Shown in pieces: positions 16,551 to 25,741 of a stretch of 42,913 nt of DNA. The DNA is from an uncultured Candidatus Saccharibacteria bacterium. Lineage in GTDB: Bacteria > Patescibacteriota > Minisyncoccia > JBAYJV01. The stretch is taken from contig CAYNNF010000004.1 in assembly GCA_964398685.1 (NCBI GenBank), forward strand, positions 12,515 through 55,427. Direction: 5' to 3'. Each line of letters starts with the position of its first letter. Within the stretch, counting starts at the first letter, position 1. The notes under the pieces were generated by a model that had not been told where the DNA came from, ran no database searches, and saw only the letters and a program-made list of their open reading frames with translations. Made by a program: the position numbers and the translations under genes.

Positions 16551-17839
16551 TTAAAAAAGGACAAAAAAATTTATTTTCCGAAGCGCCGCAAATTTTATCG
16601 GTTTCAGATTATATAAAACTTATTAATGCTAATCTTGAAGTTTTGCGTGATATTTTTGTGGAAGGCGAAGTAAGTGAATTTAGGATTTCTAAAGAAAAGT
16701 GGGTAAGTTTTAAACTCAAGGATGAAAAAGAAAGGGCCCTGTTAGAATGTTTTATGGTCATTTTTAAGCTTAATGTTCCGCTTGAAGACGGCATGAAGAT
16801 ACGCGTTCAGGGAAGGCCGAGGATATACCCCGCCGGAGGAAGGTTTAGTATTAATGTTGAATATATAGAGTTGTCGGGCGAGGGGACGCTTAAAAAAGCG
16901 TTTGAATTAACAAAAGCAAAGTTACAAGCTGAAGGACTTTTTGCCCAAGAAAGAAAGCGGCCAATTCCCGAATTTCCCAACAGAATAGGTCTTATCACAT
17001 CACCTGATGCAGCCGCTTATACTGATTTTTTAAAAATCATGCGTCATAGATTTGGCGGAATTAAGATTTATTTCTATCCAGCCAGGGTCCAGGGAAAAGA
17101 TTCTATTCAAGATATCGTTAGGGCCTTTGATTGGTTTAATCAAGAGCATAAAGAACACAATATAGAACTTATTGTCCTGACAAGGGGCGGGGGCGCGCTT
17201 GAAGATTTACAAACTTTTAACTCAGAAGAAATAGCCCGAGCAGTTTTTTCAAGCAAGATCCCTGTGGTTTGTGGCGTCGGACATGAAAGAGACGAATGCC
17301 TAGCCGATTTTGTCGCCGATCTTAGGGCCTCTACTCCATCAAATGCCGCCGAACTTATTGTAAGGGATAGAAATGAAGTAAAAATTGAAGTCAATGGGCT
17401 AGTTCAAAATATTGAATATTTCTTAAATCATTCTATTGAAGAAAAACAAGCATTGCTTAATCGTTTTTTAATAAACAGTTCCCAGTTTATTAAAGGAAGA
17501 ATTTATGAAATAAAACAAGTCTTACTTAATTTTGCGCATTGTGCTAAAAATCTTTCTGGCATCCTCAACCAGAAAAGACAGGAAATTAATTTTCTTTTAA
17601 TAAATATTGAACATGATCTAAAAAATAAAATTGTTGCCGCCCTACAGTTCGTGAATCAACAAAAGTTATTACTTAAAAGTTATAATCCCCAAAATGTTTT
17701 AAAGAGGGGCTATGGAATTATTAGAAACAAAAATGGTAAAATCATTAAGACGGTTGAAGATGTTTCTGTCGGAGAAAGCATTGAGACTAAATTATATAAA
17801 GGAAGCTTTGTTTCTAAAATAAAAAACATCAATAATTAG
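16547..17839 (+). CDS. xseA: Exodeoxyribonuclease VII large subunit
   Basis: VEGEVS OB-fold, IGLITS, RGGGALEDL, GVGHERD, TPSNAAE, LKRGY. Confidence 0.96.
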   Translation: MIKKGQKNLFSEAPQILSVSDYIKLINANLEVLRDIFVEGEVSEFRISKEKWVSFKLKDEKERALLECFMVIFKLNVPLEDGMKIRVQGRPRIYPAGGRFSINVEYIELSGEGTLKKAFELTKAKLQAEGLFAQERKRPIPEFPNRIGLITSPDAAAYTDFLKIMRHRFGGIKIYFYPARVQGKDSIQDIVRAFDWFNQEHKEHNIELIVLTRGGGALEDLQTFNSEEIARAVFSSKIPVVCGVGHERDECLADFVADLRASTPSNAAELIVRDRNEVKIEVNGLVQNIEYFLNHSIEEKQALLNRFLINSSQFIKGRIYEIKQVLLNFAHCAKNLSGILNQKRQEINFLLINIEHDLKNKIVAALQFVNQQKLLLKSYNPQNVLKRGYGIIRNKNGKIIKTVEDVSVGESIETKLYKGSFVSKIKNINN

Positions 17840-17854
17840 TAATCATTTATTATT

Positions 17855-18085
17855 ATGACCAAAGAAGAATTTAACTTTAAGCAAGCCCTTGAGGAACTTA
17901 AAAAAATTAACGATGAATTTGATTCTGGAGATATTGATTTAGACCAGGCGCTTAAAAAATTTAAGTATGGGCTTGAGTTGGCCAAAAAATGCAAGGAGAG
18001 ATTAAGAGAAATTGAAAATGAAGTAATTAAAATTAAAGAAAAATTTCCTGATGCTTCGGCCAAAGTTGAGCAGAATAACGAATAA
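17855..18085 (+). CDS. xseB: Exodeoxyribonuclease VII small subunit
   Basis: FKQALEELKKI...LDQALKKFKYGLEL...C...L; follows xseA. Confidence 0.93.
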   Translation: MTKEEFNFKQALEELKKINDEFDSGDIDLDQALKKFKYGLELAKKCKERLREIENEVIKIKEKFPDASAKVEQNNE

Positions 18086-18091
18086 TAAACT

Positions 18092-18274
18092 ATGAAAAAT
18101 TACTCTTCGAAAAAAACCAATCAGGGACGCGCCGCATTCAGAACACCTAGCAAGTTTCTGGCAAAAAAACTTTTCGGCATCAAAAGGTTGCTGCCCAAGG
18201 TTCGGTTAGCTCCCCAACAAAAAATACCCTCGCGGTTTCCTTCAAGAAATGAAGGACACGGGAAAAATAAATAA
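18092..18274 (+). CDS. Small basic hypothetical protein
   Basis: 60-codon ATG ORF 6 nt after xseB on the same strand, with no recognisable motif. Confidence 0.4.
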   Translation: MKNYSSKKTNQGRAAFRTPSKFLAKKLFGIKRLLPKVRLAPQQKIPSRFPSRNEGHGKNK

Positions 18275-18355
18275 ATAAAACTTGGGAAAGAAAGTGTTTT
18301 TTTTGTTATCAATTATTCGGTTTAACCTCAAGGCAACTTATGTTATTATTGATAA

Positions 18356-19207
18356 ATGCCTATGTTAAATAAATTCAAATTAGATGTTTTCTTAAGAGAG
18401 GCGTTCTTTTTTGTTTTAGCTTCTATTCTGGGAATTTTTGTTGTTTTTAGAATTTATCAGATACCTGAACTAAAAAAAGTTGTTGACGCCCAAACAGCAT
18501 CATTAAATCCTTTGCAATTTCTCTTAAGTTTTTTAATTGTAACCGTTTTATTTCTTTTGTTTCTGCCCCTTTTTAAAAAAAAGCCCGTTTTTCTTAAATT
18601 TTTCTTTTATTTAGGCGTTCTCATAGGCCTTGATGTTGTGATGGGCGTATTCTTGGGGGAGCCGCATGCCTTGATTCTTGCTCTCGTTTTAGTAGTTTTG
18701 CTCAACATGTACCCAAAGGTTTTGTTTCACAATATCCTTTTTTCATGCTCTTTGGCAGGTATCGGAGCGACTCTGGCAACTAGTTTTGATCCGATCTCTA
18801 TTGTCATTGTTTTGGGAGTATTGGCCTTTTATGACATTATCGCTGTTTATTTTACAAAGCATATGATAAAAATAGCGCAAGTTCCGGCAGAACAAGGCGT
18901 CTTTTTTGGTTTAATTCTGCCTAAAAAAAATAGAGATTTTTTAAAAGACAAACCTGCGCTTAAGTTTGGAGAGAAATCGGCATATTATTTTCTTGGAGGA
19001 GGAGATATTGTTCTACCAATGATTCTTGCCGCTTCAGTAGTAAAAGAAAGCTTGATAAATGCTTTAATAGTTTCTCTTTTCTCTTTTTTCGGTCTTTTTT
19101 TGTTGCATATTATTTTCGTCTTCCAAAAAGTTAAAAAACCTATGCCTGGTCTTCCTCCATTAATTTTAATGACAATTTTAGGATATCTAATCACTACATT
19201 AATCTAA
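18356..19207 (+). CDS. Presenilin/SPP-like (A22) intramembrane aspartyl protease
   Basis: About 9 TM segments, FYDIIAV, LGGGD (GxGD) and PGLP (PAL-like) motifs. Confidence 0.85.
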   Translation: MPMLNKFKLDVFLREAFFFVLASILGIFVVFRIYQIPELKKVVDAQTASLNPLQFLLSFLIVTVLFLLFLPLFKKKPVFLKFFFYLGVLIGLDVVMGVFLGEPHALILALVLVVLLNMYPKVLFHNILFSCSLAGIGATLATSFDPISIVIVLGVLAFYDIIAVYFTKHMIKIAQVPAEQGVFFGLILPKKNRDFLKDKPALKFGEKSAYYFLGGGDIVLPMILAASVVKESLINALIVSLFSFFGLFLLHIIFVFQKVKKPMPGLPPLILMTILGYLITTLI

Positions 19208-19253
19208 AATATTACAATATAAACATAATAATTAATTTTTAACCTCCAACTCT

Positions 19254-19844
19254 ATGACTAAAGAAAAAGAACATTTTTTGAAGTATAAGATCTGCGTCTC
19301 TGGCGCGGCCGAAACCAGCCACTGTCCCGAAAATGCCCTTCAAGTGGCAGAAAAACTAGGTCAAGAGATTGTTTGGCATAATGGTGTTATTGTTACTGGC
19401 GCTACGACAGGCATGCCTTACTGGGCTGCTAAAGGAGCTAAAATGGCAGGCGGAGTGAGTGTTGGTATTTCTCCTGCGGCAAGTGAAATCTCTCATGTCA
19501 AGAAATATCACCTGCCTATTGATTATTTTGATTTAATTATTTATACCGGTTTTAATTATTCCGGAAGAAATTTATTCCTTATTAGGTCAGCTGATGCCGT
19601 TGTTATCACTTGCGGACGAATGGGAACGCTTAATGAATTCACAATTGCTTTTGAAGACAATAAGCCAATCGGCATTCTTGATTTAGAGGGAAAAGATGGA
19701 ACAGTTGAATTAATTCGCGATATTGTTAAAACAGCTCGCCGAGGACCGGGAAAAATTGTTTACGATAGTGATCCTAAAAAATTAATTGAAAAGCTTTTGC
19801 CCTTAATTGATAAAGAAAAAGGATTTGAAATGCCTAAGCTGTAA
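19254..19844 (+). CDS. LOG/SLOG family protein (TIGR00725-like)
   Basis: VTGATTGMP, GISPA, GRNLFLIRSADAV, GRMGTLNEF. Confidence 0.88.
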   Translation: MTKEKEHFLKYKICVSGAAETSHCPENALQVAEKLGQEIVWHNGVIVTGATTGMPYWAAKGAKMAGGVSVGISPAASEISHVKKYHLPIDYFDLIIYTGFNYSGRNLFLIRSADAVVITCGRMGTLNEFTIAFEDNKPIGILDLEGKDGTVELIRDIVKTARRGPGKIVYDSDPKKLIEKLLPLIDKEKGFEMPKL

Positions 19845-19940
19845 TCTACTAAAAAATTGTCGCCTTTTTTATTCAAGCTATTTTTGAAATAGCCCGCTCC
19901 AAAGGACGGCCTGAATCTTGGCGCAAGTAAGGACATAGGA

Positions 19941-21092
19941 ATGCTAAAAAATCTCAAAATATCTTTTAATGCCATCTCAATCATTATTGGCACCATTGTT
20001 GGTGTTGGTATTTTTGGTTTGCCTTATGCAATTTCTAAAGTAGGATTTTTGATTGGAATTCCTCTTCTCATTTTGTTATCTGGAATAGTTCTTTATTTGC
20101 ATTATCTTTACGGTGAAATCGTCCTCAGGACAAAACGAAAACAAAGACTGGTTGGTTATGCCAAGAAATATTTAGGCGGCAAAGGGAAATCTATTGCAAC
20201 CTTATCCGCTTTGTTCGGACTTTTAGGATCTCAATTAGCATATTTAATCGTGGGGGGCGAATTTCTTCGATTTCTTTCAGGGAATTTGTTTAATGAAAAT
20301 TTACTTATTTATATTATTATTTTTCTTGTCGTAGGATCGCTAATTATCTTAAAAGATAGCACTGCTATTGCTAGTTTTGAATTTTTAATGAGTGTTTTTT
20401 TAATTTTAGTAATTTTGCTTATTTTTTTCTCAGCGCTGCCTCACATTCAATTAAATAATTTTAGCAAGATAAATCTACCAAATATTTTTTTGACCTACGG
20501 CATCATTTTGTTTTCCCTCTCTGGCGTCGTTGCTATTCCTGAAACAATAGAATATCTCAAGAAAAAAAATAGCAAACACTATAAGGAAATTATAGGAATT
20601 GGCACGCTTCTACCCCATTTTCTTTACATTCTTTTTATTGTAGCCGTACTGGGAATTGCCGGCGACAATATCAGCGAATCAGCTATTACGGGTCTTCAGG
20701 GTTTTTTAGGAAAGAATATAATTATAGTCGGAGCTCTCTTTGGCTTGGCGGCCGTCATTACCTCTTTTGTGACTATAGGGGCAACTTTAATGAAAATCAT
20801 TTGGTATGATTATCGCATGCCCAAGATGTTTTCGTGGCTAATTGTTACCATAGCTCCATTAATTCTTTTTATTGCTGGTTTTAGAAATTTTATTAATGTT
20901 ATTGGCGTCGTTGGAGCAATTATGGGGGGAATTAACGGCATTTTAATTATCTTAATTTATCAACAGGCCAAGAAAAAAGGTGATAATAAAAACCCCGCTT
21001 ATAGTATTAAGCTTCCTAAAATTATTAAATGGAGCATGATAATTGTTTTTGTTTTAGGTATCCTATATGAGTTTTTTTATTTCTTAAAATGA
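19941..21092 (+). CDS. Amino acid permease (HAAAP/aromatic amino acid transporter family)
   Basis: IGTIVGVGIFGLPY in TM1; about 11 TM segments. Confidence 0.88.
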   Translation: MLKNLKISFNAISIIIGTIVGVGIFGLPYAISKVGFLIGIPLLILLSGIVLYLHYLYGEIVLRTKRKQRLVGYAKKYLGGKGKSIATLSALFGLLGSQLAYLIVGGEFLRFLSGNLFNENLLIYIIIFLVVGSLIILKDSTAIASFEFLMSVFLILVILLIFFSALPHIQLNNFSKINLPNIFLTYGIILFSLSGVVAIPETIEYLKKKNSKHYKEIIGIGTLLPHFLYILFIVAVLGIAGDNISESAITGLQGFLGKNIIIVGALFGLAAVITSFVTIGATLMKIIWYDYRMPKMFSWLIVTIAPLILFIAGFRNFINVIGVVGAIMGGINGILIILIYQQAKKKGDNKNPAYSIKLPKIIKWSMIIVFVLGILYEFFYFLK

Positions 21093-22348
21093 AAAAACAA
21101 GAAAAAATTTTTCTTTATGCCTTTCTCTTCTTGCTACCCTTTAATATTAAGAAATTTATTGCAAGCCCCTTAAAAATAGAACCTTTAACTGAATTTAGCG
21201 CTCTTTTTTTATATCTCTCTGACATTTTAATTATCTCTATTCTGTTTTTATGGTTAATAAGATTAATTAAAACAAAACAATTTAAATCAAAAAAACTCCC
21301 TTTGTGGGGTTATTTTTTAATTTTTTTTATTGCTTTTCTATTTCTATCTTTAACTTCAAGTCAGAATTTAGTAATAAGTTTGTATTTTCTGGTTAAAATT
21401 TTACTCGCAATTGGATTATTTTTATATTTAAAATTAAATTTAACAAAAAAAATATTCCTAAATATATTAAAGATTTTTACGTTGGGAGGATTAATTCAAT
21501 CATTAATCGCTTTAGGACAATATGTTTATCAGTCTAGTCTGGGACTTAGATATTTAGGAGAAAGCGTTATCGCTTCTAATTTACCAGGCGTAGCTAAAAT
21601 AGATCTCTCGGGAGGCAAGGTCATGAGAAGCTACGGAACTTTTGCTCATCCAAATATTTTGGCCTGTTTTCTTTTATTAGCTCTTTATAGCGCCGTATAT
21701 CTATCTTTAAAGCACAAGAGCATCTATCTCTTCTCTTTGCCTATAATTAGCTTAGGATTGATCCTGACGTTCTCTAGGGCCGTTTTATTACTTGGATCAG
21801 TATCGTTAATAATTCTCTTCGTCCATAATTATTTAAAAATAAAAAATAAAAAAAATTTAAAACCGATTTTAGTTTTATTTATATCACTCGCAATCTTTTC
21901 TTTAATTTTTTTACCTTATTTAACGAACCGTTTTAGCATTCAAAAAGAAGAACAAGCCGTGTCTTTGAGGGTATTTTATGATAAAGCCTCCTACCAAATA
22001 GTAAAAACATCCCCTTTCGCGGGAATTGGATTGGAAAATTTTATAGTCAAGCTCAAGGCGATGTATCCAGATTTAGAAAACTGGCAATACCAGCCAGTCC
22101 ATAATATCTACTTATTAATAATAAGCGAAGTTGGCATTTTGGGACTTTTTTCATTTATTCTATTTCTTATTTTTTTATTCCGCGCCAATCTTTTAAAGTT
22201 CAAAACTTATAATTTGAAATCTTTTATATTTTATATTTTAAGTTTCACGTTTTTATGCATTGGCCTATTTGATCATTTTTTCTTTACTATTAATCAAGGA
22301 ATTTTAATGTTTTGGCTGGTTTTGGGAATTACGAACCGTGAAATATAA
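21089..22348 (+). CDS. O-antigen ligase (Wzy_C) family membrane protein
   Basis: RSYGTFAHPN, LTFSR, GIGLENF, PVHNIYLLIISEVG. Confidence 0.88.
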   Translation: MKKQEKIFLYAFLFLLPFNIKKFIASPLKIEPLTEFSALFLYLSDILIISILFLWLIRLIKTKQFKSKKLPLWGYFLIFFIAFLFLSLTSSQNLVISLYFLVKILLAIGLFLYLKLNLTKKIFLNILKIFTLGGLIQSLIALGQYVYQSSLGLRYLGESVIASNLPGVAKIDLSGGKVMRSYGTFAHPNILACFLLLALYSAVYLSLKHKSIYLFSLPIISLGLILTFSRAVLLLGSVSLIILFVHNYLKIKNKKNLKPILVLFISLAIFSLIFLPYLTNRFSIQKEEQAVSLRVFYDKASYQIVKTSPFAGIGLENFIVKLKAMYPDLENWQYQPVHNIYLLIISEVGILGLFSFILFLIFLFRANLLKFKTYNLKSFIFYILSFTFLCIGLFDHFFFTINQGILMFWLVLGITNREI

Positions 22349-22353
22349 AACAT

Positions 22354-22386
22354 AAAAAAAGCCGCTCTTAAAACTAGCGGTTTTTT
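22354..22386. terminator. Bidirectional intrinsic terminator
   Basis: A7-GCCGCT-N9-AGCGG-T6 between convergent genes. Confidence 0.75.
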
Positions 22387-22434
22387 GATTGTCATCTCGC
22401 TGTTAGGGCAAAACCAATGTGTTCTGAACACAAA

Positions 22435-22746
22435 TTAATATTTCCCCACTTTAACTCTAATTTCCTTAATAAAAAAACTATCCGTTTTTTGGTTAGTTCT
22501 TTTTTTTATCTCTTCTTGGTAAAACCTAACTTCTTGAGCTAAGTAATTATTTGAACATTTAATCGTCAGAACGCTTCCCCTAAATTCAAAATTCATTTCT
22601 TGGTCAAAGATATGCTTGTTAAAACCTATTAACCTTTCAATAACTTTACGCGCTACATCAAAAACGCTCGCTCTTTCAAGACCTCTTTTAAACTTAGCTG
22701 TTTTCTTGGTACGCGCGATAACCTCCCCAATATTTCTAAAGGCCAT
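22435..22746 (-). CDS. dciA: DciA (DUF721) family helicase-operating protein
   Basis: About 100 aa with FRNIGEVI start, GSVLTIKCSNNYLAQEVRF and IKEIRV; directly downstream of dnaN. ATG 22746 preferred over TTG 22755. Confidence 0.7.
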   Translation of the reverse strand: MAFRNIGEVIARTKKTAKFKRGLERASVFDVARKVIERLIGFNKHIFDQEMNFEFRGSVLTIKCSNNYLAQEVRFYQEEIKKRTNQKTDSFFIKEIRVKVGKY

Positions 22747-22751
22747 ATATT

Positions 22752-23858
22752 TCAATCGGTGTCACGAACAGGCATAACTATATAAATATAGCTTGCATCA
22801 TTGACCCCTTTTATTAATAATGGTTTTTCTTTACCGTTAAGTTGAAAGATTACCTTACTCTTATCAATACTATTTAAACCATCAACAATATATTTATAGT
22901 TAAAAACAAGTTTTACATCGTCGCCATTAACCTCGGCCTTAAGCGTAGAATGGTGGCTGCCTAATTCTTGCGAAGCAGATTCAATTTCTAAGCCATTTTT
23001 GGCGCTGAAGTTAAAGGAAACATCATTGGCTTTAGCTACGAAGAAACTAGCTATTCTAATAGCTTCTATTAGCTTATTTTTTTCAACAATAACCTCAGTC
23101 CTGAACTCTCGCGGAATAATTCTCTCATAGTCAGGAAAATGACCTTCAATTAAACGAGAAACTACATGGGTATCTCCCAAGTCAAAAAGGATTTGATTTT
23201 CTTTAATCGTTAATCTGACATCCATATCTTTTTCGTTCAAAATTCTAGCTAATTCAATAATCGTTTTTAAAGGAATTATTAGAGACAGTTCCTGTGTTGT
23301 CTGGACAGCGTTTTTTAATGTTTTCTCCGCCAAGCGAAAACTGTCAGTTGCTGCCAGCTTCAGGGTTCCATCTGGATTAAATTTGAAAAATACGCCGGCA
23401 ATTTCAGGCCGCGTGTCGGAAAATGATGCCGCCGGGTGAACTTGAGAAATAGCCTTGTGTATCTCTTTGGCTCTGAGCGTTAAAAATGGCTGATCCTTTA
23501 ACTTGGGAATAATAGGAAAATCATCTACGCTCAACCCTTTGATTGTGGCATTAAAGCTTTCGCATTTAACTAATAAATCATTCTTGTCTGTTTCCATATA
23601 GACCTTATCTTGGGGTAATGAAGAAATGAAGTTGCTTAATATACCAACGGGCACAGTAACCTTTCCTGCTGTTTCTACTTTAGCTGAAATCCAGACATTT
23701 AATCCAATTTCCAAATCTGTGGCCGAAATTTTGAGCCGCCCTTTGTCAGTTTCTATTAAAACATTACTTAAAATTGGAAGGTTTATATTTTTTCCTGTAA
23801 TTCTTTCTACAATATTAATTGCTTTTTTTAATTTTTCTTGAAGACAAATAATTTTCAT
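22752..23858 (-). CDS. dnaN: DNA polymerase III beta sliding clamp
   Basis: LPILSNVL, ATDLEI, DDFP, ATDSFRL, SRLIEGHFPDY, VMPVR. Confidence 0.98.
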   Translation of the reverse strand: MKIICLQEKLKKAINIVERITGKNINLPILSNVLIETDKGRLKISATDLEIGLNVWISAKVETAGKVTVPVGILSNFISSLPQDKVYMETDKNDLLVKCESFNATIKGLSVDDFPIIPKLKDQPFLTLRAKEIHKAISQVHPAASFSDTRPEIAGVFFKFNPDGTLKLAATDSFRLAEKTLKNAVQTTQELSLIIPLKTIIELARILNEKDMDVRLTIKENQILFDLGDTHVVSRLIEGHFPDYERIIPREFRTEVIVEKNKLIEAIRIASFFVAKANDVSFNFSAKNGLEIESASQELGSHHSTLKAEVNGDDVKLVFNYKYIVDGLNSIDKSKVIFQLNGKEKPLLIKGVNDASYIYIVMPVRDTD

Positions 23859-24147
23859 AGTACTTATATTTATATTTAATTATATTAATATTAATTATTA
23901 TTAACTAATGATTTTCTGGGGAAAACTTTTTTTTCTTTAACGCTAATAAGCTTTTTCTCTCATTTTTACGCAACATTAAATGTTGATAAGTCATGGACGA
24001 ATTAGGAATAATATTTAGTCGTTTATTCTCAACCTTTCTTTTCCCAAAGTTATCACCATCTCCCTCTCCGTTTTATCCAGTTTCTCTCCCTAACTTTTCC
24101 ACTTATTTAGGTATATTAAGCCAGCTCTTTGACAGAAAATGCAAATC
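23859..24147. promoter_or_regulatory. Probable oriC part with DNA-unwinding element (dnaA-dnaN spacer)
   Basis: Almost pure A/T tract 23864-23909 next to degenerate DnaA boxes TGGGGAAAA (23917) and TGTTGATAA (23981), with further weak boxes to about 24105. Confidence 0.65.
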
Positions 24148-25506
24148 CTAAGTGTTGTAAAGCCGTTCCTGGATTAAATTTAACTCCATTCCAAGATTTT
24201 CGTCTGTCTGTTTAGTTCTCTCAATTTTATTGCAAGCATGTATAACAGTTGTGTGATCTCGTCCGCCCAGTTTTTTTCCAATTGAAGGATACGACTCTTT
24301 AAGTTCTTCGCGTAAAAAATACATAGCAATTTGGCGAGGTTTGACAAGTTCTTTTTTTCGTCCGCCCTCTATAATATCTTTTAATTGTACTTCGTAAAAT
24401 TCGGCAACGGTATCAAGAATTTTACTTGGAGAAATATGTCTTGGTGGCCTCACAATTAAGCTTCCAATGAGCTCTTTGATTTTTGCTATATCCGGAGTAG
24501 CGCTACTAGTTCTATAATAAGCAACAATTTTATTTAAGGAGCCCTCAAGCTCTCTAACATTTTTCTGTATTTTACTTGCTATAAAATTAATTGCTTCATC
24601 AGGCAAAGTAATATCAAAATTATCTAATTTAGATTTGAGGATGGCCATACGCGATTCAAGATCTGGATAAGAAACGTCAACCGTCATACCGCCTTCAAAA
24701 CGGGAACACAATCTTTCTTCAAGAGTAGGAATGGCTTTTGGGGGACGATCGGAGCTGATAATAATTTGTTTATTAGCTTCATAAAGAGCGTTAAATGTGT
24801 GGAAAAATTCAATCTGAGTTTTTTCCTTACCAGCAAGAAATTGAACATCATCAATAATAAGAACATCAATTTTACGGTATTTCTTCTTAAATTCTTCCAT
24901 TTTTTGAGACTGAATGGCCCTGACAAGCTCGCTAGTAAAGGATTCTGAAGAAACATATTTTACCTTAATATTTCCGTTATATTTTTTGACCAAAGAATTG
25001 CCAATAGACTGAATTAAATGAGTTTTGCCGAGCCCAACTCCTCCATAAACAAAATAAGGATTGTAATCCTTGCCAAGATTGTTGGCGTCGGAAAGAGATA
25101 GGGCGGCGGCATGAGCTAATTCATTGAATGATCCGACGATAAAATTATCAAAACTATATTTTGGATTAAGATTAGTGTTTTCATCAATTTTATTATTTAA
25201 AAGACCCAATTGCGGTTCAGAAACAAATCTGTTTGCCACAACTATTTGAAGATCAGGATGTCTTTCGGCGACTACATAAATAACTTTTTTTATTTCAGGA
25301 GAAACATTTCTTAATGCGCGAAGAATTAGGGTATTGCATTTATTTTCCAACCATTCCTTCGTAAATTGATTAGGAACCTCCAAGATACAATGACCTTCTT
25401 TTTTATCAATTAACTTAGCATTTTTAATCCAAGTAATAAAATTGGCCTTAGAAACTGATAATTCTATTTCGCCGATAGCGGCTTGCCAAAGTTCTTCGAT
25501 AGTCAT
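24148..25506 (-). CDS. dnaA: Chromosomal replication initiator DnaA
   Basis: YSFDNFIVG, YGGVGLGKTHL, IDDVQF, FFHTFN, NVRELEG, GGRDHTTVIHA. Confidence 0.99.
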   Translation of the reverse strand: MTIEELWQAAIGEIELSVSKANFITWIKNAKLIDKKEGHCILEVPNQFTKEWLENKCNTLILRALRNVSPEIKKVIYVVAERHPDLQIVVANRFVSEPQLGLLNNKIDENTNLNPKYSFDNFIVGSFNELAHAAALSLSDANNLGKDYNPYFVYGGVGLGKTHLIQSIGNSLVKKYNGNIKVKYVSSESFTSELVRAIQSQKMEEFKKKYRKIDVLIIDDVQFLAGKEKTQIEFFHTFNALYEANKQIIISSDRPPKAIPTLEERLCSRFEGGMTVDVSYPDLESRMAILKSKLDNFDITLPDEAINFIASKIQKNVRELEGSLNKIVAYYRTSSATPDIAKIKELIGSLIVRPPRHISPSKILDTVAEFYEVQLKDIIEGGRKKELVKPRQIAMYFLREELKESYPSIGKKLGGRDHTTVIHACNKIERTKQTDENLGMELNLIQERLYNT

Positions 25507-25559
25507 AAAAGAAGAATTAAGAACACATTTCTAATTCATTTTATCACGATTCTATTTAA

Positions 25560-25730
25560 AACCACTTTTTATCCACAGATAGCTTATCACTCCTGATAAG
25601 TTCATTTCAAAATCATTGTTTGTTGATAATCTGTGCAAAACCTCTTGATAATTCATTTTTATTCTACACCCAAAAACCTTCTCTATGCAAGAAGGCGAAT
25701 AAATCACAAATGTTGTTTTGCACAGCTTGA
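25560..25730. promoter_or_regulatory. DnaA box cluster upstream of dnaA
   Basis: TTATCCACA 25569, TGTTGATAA 25621, TGTGCAAAA 25632, TTTTGCACA 25716. Confidence 0.7.
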
Positions 25731-25741
25731 CTACGCGTTGC

